Below are positions 37,009-46,487 of a DNA stretch of 52,833 bases, piece by piece; positions within the stretch are counted from its first letter, which is position 1; each line of letters begins with the position of its first letter. The DNA is from Basidiobolus meristosporus CBS 931.73 (taxonomy: Eukaryota; Fungi; Basidiobolomycota). Where the stretch lies: contig MCFE01000614.1 of NCBI GenBank assembly GCA_002104905.1, positions 1-52,833 of the forward strand, written 5' to 3'. The notes beneath the pieces are model-generated. The model made no database searches. It was not told where the DNA came from and was given only the letters and a program-made list of their open reading frames with translations. The position numbers and the translations under genes were made by a program.

Positions 37009-38271
37009 ATGGTCCCCATACCAAGCCTCAACTCATCTTTAGTACAACCCAGACAAAACCCATCCCCCAGCTCACAAGCGCGGTCCGGACCGGAAAAGTC
37101 GATGTCGGATCCGTTCAAGTTCTTGCCAAATGATTTTAGCATGGCCCAAGTCTCTATGATGAGCCTTCATAGAGATATTTGGGCACTACTGATTAATCTA
37201 GCAGAACTAGATACCACAGAGAGTCAACAAAGATGGAAGAATTTGAGTAGAAAGCTGTGGCATGAGTTCTACATCAAGATGCCAGCCAATGTATGTAAAA
37301 AGATATATAACAAGACAAGTATTGCAATCAAGAATGAGCTGAGAGTGAGGGGATTTGATGAGGAAGCTGCGCGGGAACAATTTCGCGCGCAATTTGCACA
37401 GTATGGGCCGGACGCGTCCGTTCGTGCCTCAACTTTGGGAACCAAAGAGATTTTGAATGAGTTTTTGCCTCAAATGACTAATGTACTACGTGATATATTA
37501 GTAGAGCTAAGTGGCTTCCGAGAGCAATATACACAGGACTCATCCAGGCAACAGCTCCAAAGTATCAGACAGAGGGTAAGTGAATACCTTGAGGAATCAG
37601 ATGGTGAGCTTCAGGAGGAAGAATACAGACCGCAAGCAACATCGTCCAGATTGCGCCAGCATGCCTCGCTGGATTCCCTACCATCTCTTGCAACCACAGC
37701 GCGCCGGCGCACGTCAGTCCAGACCACGTCAACACCCTTTACCAGAACGCCCCGCGTCAAGTCAACGCGCATTGAGTCAACGTGCGTTGGGTCAACGCGC
37801 GTGCTTCAGAGCAAAACTACAAGAACTTGCCAAACTGCTCATTTAGACACAAGTCCATTGGAGCGGACCAAGTTGCGTCAACATGCGGCATCACATCGAA
37901 CACAGCCAAGGGCCATCTCAACACGTCAAGGCGCGCCTGCGCGTGCCGTTTCGCCTGACCATCAGCGAGTTACTTCTGGTGAACTGACTGATGATGACCA
38001 ACATGAAGTGCCTCAACCACCGGAGCCCTTGGCAAGTAAAAGAACGCGTCAGCGTGTGGCACTACAGGCCGGTTCAGTTGGTTCAGTCGGAGCAATTCAG
38101 CGCGGCCAAGCTGCAGCATCGCACTCATCAACTAGGAGGCAAAATACTGACTACAAATACACAAGTAGCCAAGATGATAGTCAGCCAGGAAGTAGTATAG
38201 GTGTGCAAAGTGAGTCACTACCAAATGCTTCAGTAGTAATCCCTGTGAGAAAAAAACCCAGGAGAAGATGA
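37009..38271 (+). CDS. PHIS accessory protein (ORF2), 420 aa: Trp-rich helical N-terminal region (possibly Myb/SANT-like), coiled coil, long low-complexity tail, basic C-terminus RKKPRRR
   Basis: Uninterrupted ORF inside the TIR-bounded element, divergent from the transposase. A second, DNA-binding gene is the established architecture of PIF/Harbinger elements; the domain call is inference. Confidence 0.75.
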   Translation: MVPIPSLNSSLVQPRQNPSPSSQARSGPEKSMSDPFKFLPNDFSMAQVSMMSLHRDIWALLINLAELDTTESQQRWKNLSRKLWHEFYIKMPANVCKKIYNKTSIAIKNELRVRGFDEEAAREQFRAQFAQYGPDASVRASTLGTKEILNEFLPQMTNVLRDILVELSGFREQYTQDSSRQQLQSIRQRVSEYLEESDGELQEEEYRPQATSSRLRQHASLDSLPSLATTARRRTSVQTTSTPFTRTPRVKSTRIESTCVGSTRVLQSKTTRTCQTAHLDTSPLERTKLRQHAASHRTQPRAISTRQGAPARAVSPDHQRVTSGELTDDDQHEVPQPPEPLASKRTRQRVALQAGSVGSVGAIQRGQAAASHSSTRRQNTDYKYTSSQDDSQPGSSIGVQSESLPNASVVIPVRKKPRRR

Positions 38272-39211
38272 TGAGATCGCTTTGAATCGCTCACATTTGT
38301 AATGATCCCAACACCCCTTTTTTTTGCGATCCGAATCGAGCCATTGCAAATCAGTGATCATCAAATTTTTGATATAAGTAATATCAAGGTCGTCTCACAT
38401 TTGAGACAGAACCCCTATAAATAAACACCCTGCATATATATACGTCATCTGTAATACCAGTGCAGCTATTGGATCTGTTTTGCACCTACACGATTGCTTG
38501 CGTGCTAGCTATGACACCTTGCCCAATCACTAGGATCAGGGATTTACTTGCTCAATGGGCAAAATGGGATATTTGATGGCAAATCAGGTAGCTTTTTCAG
38601 TAGTCAATGAGCCAATTGGGGGCTGCCAGCTTCAGGATACTTTTGGACCAATTAACCACTGAGATACCGTCCAATTGGAGTGAGGGTAACCAAAATGGTA
38701 AGTATCAGTGTAGTTTATAGTGTGATACACATTTATTTCCATTTACATTAAAGAAACATATCCAGATACCGGATTTTACCTGCTATTATAGCGGTATCCA
38801 ATCGCGCACGTGATGCAAACATTTTGAGTTGGCGCAATCATCCGCGCCAACCTCATCATGTCAGATTGTGCCATAGTGTGCGAGATTGTCCCACATAGTG
38901 CGAAATCGTCCAAGAACGATCCTGCCTTCTGGTAGCTAGAATATTGCGCCCAATTGTTCTTTGCGAGCGCGGATCGCACCGTGCGCCCTGGCACGGTACA
39001 ATGGAACAAGTCTATTGCAAAGACTGGCAGAAGAGGAGCTAGACCTTGTAGTGCCAGCTGAAGATCAGGATGTATGGGAACCAGTGATTGAACAATGGCA
39101 TAAAGCTGTAGGGTTTCCAACCAAGTTGTGGAAACAGAGCATTACAGCAGAAATCCTTATTGAGTGGTGAATTTTGATGGAGTTACTTGTTGAGTGTGGG
39201 GTTGGGCTTAA

Positions 39212-39604
39212 TGTTGGTGTAGGATATAGGCACTTGTATAGGTCAATACAATTGGCAATTGAGGTACAACTGAAGTTTCTACTGAAATAAATCAATTTGT
39301 AAGCATGAAAAGTAAGAGAAACAGTTGAGTCATGTGGTAAGGAATGTGAAAAAGAGGCAATAGCCAACCAATGCACACAAATGTAGGAGGTGATAGAGTG
39401 TCCATGATCAGAAAGTGAGAAAATTGGCAGCGAGCCAATCAAAAGCCACTTTTGTATTGTTATGATGAAAATTTTGATTAAGTTTTTTATTATACTTGGA
39501 GTGCAATTATTTTTTGATAGTCTTTGCACAGTGACCTGATGAAATCAATACCTCTTAGTCATGGGACTTAGAATCTGTGATGGCCTTTTGACAGGATCAT
39601 CACA
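39212..39604 (-). repeat. Second copy of the 390-bp repeat (possible solo LTR, TG...CA ends)
   Basis: Inverted homolog of 31549-31940. Flanks TTAA / GTAA are an imperfect duplication. Confidence 0.55.
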
Positions 39605-40894
39605 GTAATTTTCATATACTGTTTTATTGCCACCCACAGAAACTTTCTTAACTGGAACTTCTTGACATTGGGTAAAAAGTTCTCTTTGGTGTGTAAAGTG
39701 TTAAGATGCTCCAGAGTCAATATAACATATTTCAGTATCCTTTTTTGTGGCCATATTTTGTGTAGATATGAGAGGTCTATTCCAAGTTGTTGCAGTATTT
39801 CCATATTCAGGGTTCTTTGGCTGATTATCTCTCTTTTTGGGACACTGATCTAATATGTATCCTTTCCATTTGCAGTAGTTGATAAACAGTTTGCTGGTGC
39901 CTATATTGGGTGTTACATACCTCCTGAGTTGGTTATGGCTATTTAATAAGGTATTTTGTAATCCAAGAATCTTCCATGTATGCAACTTAAGGTCAAATCT
40001 TCAGTTCTGGACTCCAAAGCTAATACAAGGCCTTGAGATTTGCCTATTAGGTTATTCTAGATGGTAACTATGACATCTTAATCAGTAGTTGGTACACCTA
40101 CTGATTCCACCTCCTAAACCAACAGTATAATTCTGTTGATTGGATTTTTCATTTCTTCTCCTGGAAGCTTCTTTGTGGCAAAGAATTTTTATCTAAGATA
40201 CATTTTCTTTGCAGCTGAGCATGGCTGGTAGGTTTCTTCTAATGCCTTCCAGGCATTCTTTGCTGTTTTTGCTCTTGAGCATTGAATTAGCAATTTGTGT
40301 CTGATATTAAGGCAATTGCATTAAAGGCACTTTGTTCTTGCCTCTGGTAATTTGAAACTTCATCTCACACACTTTTAGGAGGGCATTCTTCTTTCATAAC
40401 AATATCTCAAAGGCCTCTTTTGTGTAGCAGCTTTCTCATCTTCACCTTCCACACTTGGTGGTTAGATCCTTTCAATTTCTCAGCAGAGGGAAAAGTCCCA
40501 CTAATAGCAGTATGAGATGTTGTAGACACTGACAACTTGGGGCTCATATCTTGTTGTAAGTTTCTTTGAGATATTGGAAGTGCTGGGAGTACAAGTAGAT
40601 TATGTGGTTTTCAATTAATGATTTATTGAGAGAAAAAGTAGTATTTATACACTTACATGGTCATGGCATAACAAACATAAAGAGTATCCGTATGAAGGTC
40701 CCAAGAACATGCAAAGTTTGTGGCTTTTAGACAATTTGAAAAACTTCATGTTCTGGCTACACTATGTTTAGGGCAAAAATATTTCAAGTAACTCCTTGCA
40801 AGGAATTTGGTCTTTGTTCTCAAGAATTGGCATGTAATAATCTCTGTGATTAAGCTAGGTGAGTATTTAGATGGAGTTACAAACTTTTACAACA
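39605..40894 (-). mobile_element. 5' part of another Copia family 1 element (LTR 40552-40894, degenerate PBS, gag-protease remnants)
   Basis: LTR homologous to 28953-29301, GGGCTCATATC adjacent, ICYIDSGAS protease motif. Colinear with 20250-20914 joined to 28685-28952. Confidence 0.85.
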
Positions 40895-43140
40895 GCATTG
40901 TCATCAAAAATGCCATTAGCAAGATAGCCATCTTTCTGGGCACAATGGACAGTATAGCTGTCAATTTTGTGAGATGTAGGGGATTTACTCCACAGTTCAC
41001 ACACATCATTACTATCCAAGCACTATTACTAAGAACATCATCTTCACACAGTGAGAACAAACAGTTATCAGCATGCAAATGCAGGAAAGCTGGCAAGCTA
41101 TAAGCCATTGGCCAGAACATGGAGCTAATCAGAAACCAGAGAAACTAAAGACAGAGGGATTCTTTTGGTGCAAATGCTTTCCACTAAGAGCAATTCATTT
41201 GCTCTTTTAGAATATCCCTATACTGATGACCAAGTAGAACATGGGGCATTTCAAGCTAATGGAACTCTTGAGATACCAGAAAATCTTGAAAGAATTGGCA
41301 AGGTATTATAGAATATCTGCCACCCAAAGTATTTCTCACAAGCTCCAATTAGAATTCACTCATATTTGCAACAATATAAATGCAAGGACTGGATGAACTG
41401 GATATGTGTTATTCAAGATGCCTTCTGAAGCTATTTCTTCCAAGAGTACATGGCAAGCATTGGGAGTTGTACATTGACATTGTAGGAATGTCTATCCAGA
41501 AGCAGATCAACAATGCTAATTTGGTGCATCTACTACTATTATGTGAGGAATTTGTGATGGGATTTGAGCTGCTATACTACAAGCATAGAGCTGAGCATGT
41601 AGATCTCTGCCACTATTGCATCCACACTTGACTCCATCTTGCTTGGTGTGTGGAGATTATTGGGCCTTGCTTCACCTTTTGGGAGTTTCCTATGGACTGG
41701 ATGTGTGGGGAGATAGGAAGACAAGTCAAGTTTTGGATACTACCATATCACAATCTCATCAATGATATTACCTTCAAGTTTGTCATGAATGTGACAAGTT
41801 GGCACATGGAGGACAGCCAGGCAGAGTTGGAAAATACTGAGGACAGATGTGCAGATGGAGACACCTATGTCTATGGCATTAAAAGCTAAGCAGCCCCAAT
41901 GAATGGATAATCAGGTAAGTAATGCAAAGTTGGGTTGGGTGCAACAGGCAACTATTTTTTATTAGGAAAGCTCTACCAAGGTATTCTGGATTTCTCTTGG
42001 TCACAAGCCAATTTCTACACCATTCAGTACAGAATTCACACAAACAAGAGCCAGAGCACACCTATAAGCAGGACTAGAATCCAGTAGGGAGAAGGAATAT
42101 ATTGGTTAAATACCAAGAAGTTCTTTGCAGATATTCAGGAGGTGATCATGGCAAAAGTGGCAGCAACCAAGCATATGATTGCAAGATGTATATGTTACTA
42201 GCAATATAAGTTATATGGCAACTTTGCAAGTATCATGCTAATAAGCTGTAAAGTTAAGGTGATAGAAGTATATCAAATTCAGTGGGTATGTGTTTATGTA
42301 GAGGTTAGTAAGCAGGAAGCCACAGTTTTTTTTATTTAAACTTTATGTGGAATATCCAAGGTAGCAGTGGGTAAGCAAATATGGAGGGGCAAGTCTGCAG
42401 TGGAATATATGAATGGCACAAGGTGAGGTGGAAAAAGAAAACACCTTTTGGTAAATTGGTACAGTAGCATTATACAGAACTATCTGCAGGCTTTCCATTT
42501 AATGCATTTGCATATATTGGCTTGTTAGGTGTTGTAAGAGTCTTGGAGATATTGGAAGTGATTGGGAGGACAAGTATATTATGTGGTTTTCACTTAATGA
42601 TTTATTGAATGTAAAAGTGGTATTTATACTTTTACCTAGTCTTGGCATTACAAACACACCTAGAATAGGCTAAGGAAGGTCCCAAGAACATGCGTGCAAA
42701 GTTTGGGGCTGTTTGGACAACTTTGAGAATTTTCATGTTCTGGGTACCTGGTATTTTGGTGAAAATATTCTAAGTAAGCCCCAACAAGGAATTTGGTCAG
42801 TATTCTCTAGGATTTGAAGGTGATGATCTAAGTGACTAAGTTAGGTGAATATTTAGGTGGAAATACGAATTTTTACAACATTAGGTTCATTCATATAAAT
42901 AAAGACCATGTCAAGATCATTGGAATTCCATGCAAGTCCTGCCAAAAGACTGTTAAGGCACTGTAAAGTATATTACTCTATATGGCTGTAAAAACAGCTA
43001 GACACTTTCACAATCCCATCATAAGATTGTTGGGAGGGTCAATAATTCCAAGCGGCCAGCATTGTAATGGCCTTATTGCAGGATCCTGATGGCTGATATG
43101 GATTGGATCCACTTGCAGGACCAAATTGTTTCTCACAGGG
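40895..43140 (+). pseudogene. CACTA/EnSpm-like transposase pseudogene, copy 3 (5'-truncated, interrupted by a solo LTR)
   Basis: IIGPCFTFWEFPMDWMCGEIGRQVK. Colinear with 33640-35200 and with the reverse complement of 15525-17540. Confidence 0.62.
42530..42880 (-). repeat. Solo LTR, Copia family 1 (351 bp)
   Basis: TGTTG...CAACA, perfect 5-bp TSD TTAGG (42525-42529 and 42881-42885). Confidence 0.92.
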
Positions 43141-43144
43141 GCTA

Positions 43145-43311
43145 TATGTGCAACTTATCAATTTTCATGTCCTAGGTACCTGGTGCTTTGGTGAGAACAT
43201 TGTTAGTAAATTCTAACAAGGAGCTTGGCCAGGATCCTCAGAGGTTTGTAGACTACAATCTAGGTACCTATGTCAGATGAATATCTAGGAGCAATTACAA
43301 AATTTACAACA
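43145..43311 (-). repeat. Degenerate half LTR, Copia family 1
   Basis: GGTACCTGGT..TTTGGTGA.AA.ATT and terminal TTTACAACA match the right half of 42530-42880. Confidence 0.6.
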
Positions 43312-43942
43312 AAAGGAACCTAATTTCTATATATTCACCCAAAGATCCCAGATCTTGTGCAAAACTTCCTGGAATTTTCTCCAACCCATATCCAGCACCA
43401 CATGTGTGAGGTTTGCACTGAGGTGCAACAGCTGTAACTTGATCTAATTAATCTACTAGTGAAAAACAACACTTTCTTCAGATTCTTCCAAATTACATCC
43501 AGGCTCTTGCTACCACCCTCCACAGTCAACAAGAAAGGTTTTGTGGCAAAATAATGTGTGAGGGGATGGAATTGGCCAAATATCCAACCATATTAGCTGA
43601 CTAGATTGTCTTGAGCGTACTTGATTGTTGCAAGGTTTGTCACATACATCATGCACCATTTACGCCTTTGTTATACCAGCATCAGCATAATGCCGAATCA
43701 TTCTTTACGTTGTAGAAGCCGTAGGCCATTGAATCCAAAGTATCTTTCCACCCTGCTGCGGGAATCGGCGGGAATTCCAATGGCCCTACAAGCCAATGGG
43801 ATCCCGCCCCCGCAATGACATACGATCATGCACATGACAAACGGTAAACATCCACGAATTTCTGCTGAGCCACTATTTCGGCAGCGTGTTGACACGAACA
43901 ATATTTAAGGTGAGTGATGAGAAGAGGAAGTCAACCATCAAG

Positions 43943-44947
43943 ATGCCGTTCAAGTCCACCCACCGGGTCCGAAACATTAGCATAGCCATAGCCGTGATCG
44001 CAGTTATAGCGGTGGCCAGCGGGCTCATCGCGTACTTCGTCACTCGAGAGAATAAATCGGCCCCGTCTCCGTCTCCGTCCCCGGACCCAACCCCGCAGAA
44101 CCCAAACTTACACAAGTCCTTCTGGGGCATCAACTACACACCATTGAACTCCCAATACCCCGCCTGCGGAAGTAAGCAACAAGATATTACCGAGGACATC
44201 AAGGTCCTGGCTCAGCTCACCCCACGGCTTCGCCTCTACGGCATGGATTGTCAACAGGCAGAGTTTACCCTGCAAGCGATCAAGGATCTAAAGGTAGATA
44301 TCAAGGTGATCCTGACCATATGGGTGGACAACAACTCCACCACGTACCAACGCCAATCTGCCGACCTATTCAGCACCATTCAGAAGTTTGGTCCCGACCA
44401 GATCTACGCGGTCTCCGTGGGGAACGAAGCATTTTTCCGCAAGGAGATCACTCATGAGGATCTTTACGCGAGGATAGCGGACGTCCGTCAGAAACTCAAA
44501 GGGATGGGCTACGAAATACCCGTGACCACCTCCGACTTGGGATCCATCTACAACCCGGAGCTGATCAGCCATCTTGATCTTTCCATGGCCAACATCCACC
44601 CCTACTTTGCTGGGACCTTGGTATCCGACGCTGCCAACTGGACGTTCTCATACTTTCAGCAGAACATCGTACAACCCTCGCAGGGCAAGCAGTCCGTCAT
44701 CTCTGAAGTGGGGTGGCCTACCAAGGGGGACCCCGATCGAGGGGCCGTGGCTTCGGTCCCCAACTTGCAATACTTCGTGGACAGTTTTCTGTGCGAAGCC
44801 AACCGCAGAAAGGTCCCGTACTTCTGGTTTGAGGCCATCGACGGTCCCTGGAAAACCCAGCAGTTCACCGTGCTGGAGGGTAACTGGGGTCTGCTGACCA
44901 CCGACCGCCAGCCCAAGGTTAAAATACCAAATTGCCCAGTTGCGTGA
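43943..44947 (+). CDS. Glycoside hydrolase family 17 beta-1,3-glucanase/glucanosyltransferase with N-terminal membrane anchor (BtgC-like), 334 aa, intronless
   Basis: Hydrophobic segment ISIAIAVIAVIAVASGLIAYFV, Pro-rich linker. GH17 motifs GINY, RLRLYGMDC, VSVGNE (acid/base), ISEVGWPTKG (nucleophile), YFWFEAIDGPWK, EGNWGL. First ATG at 43943. Confidence 0.92.
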   Translation: MPFKSTHRVRNISIAIAVIAVIAVASGLIAYFVTRENKSAPSPSPSPDPTPQNPNLHKSFWGINYTPLNSQYPACGSKQQDITEDIKVLAQLTPRLRLYGMDCQQAEFTLQAIKDLKVDIKVILTIWVDNNSTTYQRQSADLFSTIQKFGPDQIYAVSVGNEAFFRKEITHEDLYARIADVRQKLKGMGYEIPVTTSDLGSIYNPELISHLDLSMANIHPYFAGTLVSDAANWTFSYFQQNIVQPSQGKQSVISEVGWPTKGDPDRGAVASVPNLQYFVDSFLCEANRRKVPYFWFEAIDGPWKTQQFTVLEGNWGLLTTDRQPKVKIPNCPVA

Positions 44948-45173
44948 GCAACCTATACCTACACCACAACGACTACCCCCCCCCCCGCCTATCGGGAAAT
45001 ATCTATGATACAGTGTGTCACTCTTAATATTGGCTGCTATGTACAAAATCTTTATTAAAAGTCCAAAATGACCCCCGCTAGCTGATCTATATGTGTCCAA
45101 TGATGATTTTGGGCTTGCGAACGATGTGCAGCAACCCGGAAGTCCAGTTGAAAAGAGGATTAGTGCAAGTAGG

Positions 45174-46487
45174 TTACATACGGAAGACGTATTCGCTTGA
45201 CGACCTGTATTCTACAGATTGATAGAAATATAGGGAGATGTTCTCCTCGGTAAGGCTCGAATGCACCCTGGCGAAAGGGATATCCTCGTCCATGTTCAGC
45301 CCATCCTCTTTCAAGGATTCACTGACTCCATAAGGTTCGCATTGGCCAGGGGAAATGAGGAAGCTTTGTCGCTTCGATTGGCGAAGGATCACCTTCCTTA
45401 ATGGCTCTATACCGGAGAACTGGCTGCTCTCCGCAACGTTGGACTGAAGAAGGCATTTGGTGTCCGCTTGGCTGAGCAGCACCTTGCGGACTACGAATCG
45501 CAGGATGACTGCGATCCTAGGGTGTCGAGGGTTGATGCTTGGAGAGCACCCACCAACCTCCTCGGGAGCTTGAGGCTGTTGAATGTGATACTGAAAGATC
45601 AGGTCGTCCTTCAGCTCCGCCCAGGCGTTCTGGACGGCGGGGTCGACAAAGAAGATGGCTGCATTGAGGATCCCCTGCGAGGAGGTCCCGATGAATGAGA
45701 GCAAAAGAAAGGTATAGTTCACCCGCTGGTTCCAGTAGATATCCAGCTCCGAGATGAGATTGAACGACTGAGTGAGGACCGGGATGATCGGGTATAGAAT
45801 CACCCGGCGCACCACTTTGTTCATGGTGGACTGGATGATGAGGGAATTGCTGAAGAACCGTCTACGGTCTTGTCTCTCTCGGGCGATCTTGATCAGAACC
45901 ATCAGGACCACGACGAAACAGTAGAAGATACCCAGCATGGTCCAGCTGTAAAGGGTTGCCCAGGTCCAGACCATCCGCTCGGAGGGGTTATGGATGCTAT
46001 ACCAGCATGACTCCTGGTAGGAGTCGTGGCCTAGTCTTCCGCTGAGCAGCGGGGGCAAGGATATGGCCAAAGAGAGAAGGCCGGCGATCGAGTAGTAGTA
46101 TTTCTCGTATTTTTGGGTTTGCCGCTTCCCATGCACGAATATCACCTGTAGATTGAATGCGATCATGACGGTCAGAAAGGTGGACAGATGCGTCGTCTGT
46201 ATGAACCCCCAAACGCTCAGCGCGCACAGGAACTCGTTCTCCTTGGTCACATCACTGACGATCTGAAAGGCGGAGTAGAAGAGGTCCACTGTGGCCACGG
46301 CGAAGGTCAGCCTCAGGGAGACTCGGTTGACCAAGTGGCTCTTTAGGCTATGAAATATGGCAAAGATGAGAATGACCAGCAAATTGAAGATCACCGACAG
46401 GAGATTCAGCGGAACCGCCACATCCACCAACGTCTGACTCTGTCTCGGGCTAAGTTTATCGATGATGTCGTTGTGGAGTTCAAACAT
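45174..46487 (-). CDS. Seven-transmembrane GPCR, Git3/cAMP-receptor-like, about 437 aa, intronless
   Basis: Seven hydrophobic segments, Cys at the start of TM3 and in ECL2 (ESCW), RRVILYPII in TM6, QGILNAAIFFVDP in TM7, long cytoplasmic tail. ATG 46487 preferred over the GTG-started ORF. Confidence 0.85.
   Translation of the reverse strand: MFELHNDIIDKLSPRQSQTLVDVAVPLNLLSVIFNLLVILIFAIFHSLKSHLVNRVSLRLTFAVATVDLFYSAFQIVSDVTKENEFLCALSVWGFIQTTHLSTFLTVMIAFNLQVIFVHGKRQTQKYEKYYYSIAGLLSLAISLPPLLSGRLGHDSYQESCWYSIHNPSERMVWTWATLYSWTMLGIFYCFVVVLMVLIKIARERQDRRRFFSNSLIIQSTMNKVVRRVILYPIIPVLTQSFNLISELDIYWNQRVNYTFLLLSFIGTSSQGILNAAIFFVDPAVQNAWAELKDDLIFQYHIQQPQAPEEVGGCSPSINPRHPRIAVILRFVVRKVLLSQADTKCLLQSNVAESSQFSGIEPLRKVILRQSKRQSFLISPGQCEPYGVSESLKEDGLNMDEDIPFARVHSSLTEENISLYFYQSVEYRSSSEYVFRM

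Larger units (their letters stand above)
35584..39013. mobile_element. PHIS (PIF/Harbinger superfamily) DNA transposon copy A, 3430 bp, two divergent genes; the ANT TSD suggests the Pangu group
   Basis: Perfect 11-bp TIRs AGACTTGTTCC / GGAACAAGTCT, TSD ATT (35581-35583 and 39014-39016). DDE_Tnp_4-like transposase plus a second ORF. Confidence 0.92.

Noticed and set aside
38400-38800. Possible third, intron-containing gene in the right arm of PHIS copy A (TATAAATA at about 38416, GTAAGT at about 38698, CCAG at 38765)
   Set aside because: Every splice combination I tried hit a stop within a few codons or lacked a start codon.
15525-39013. Apparent giant inverted duplication centred near 31.7 kb (CACTA plus PHIS on both sides)
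   Set aside because: The two PHIS copies have different insertion sites (Copia gag versus an unknown ORF), each with its own TSD. The mirror symmetry comes from independent insertions.
43886-43942. GTG-started N-terminal extension of the GH17 ORF; likewise the GTG/TTG starts given for the GPCR (46565), peroxiredoxin (50545) and F-box (51622)
   Set aside because: This is a eukaryotic locus. In-frame ATGs or spliced ATG exons give better models.
44975-44990. Poly-C tract downstream of the GH17 stop as a G-quadruplex or regulatory element
   Set aside because: It is a single short homopolymer in a 3' intergenic gap with no supporting pattern.
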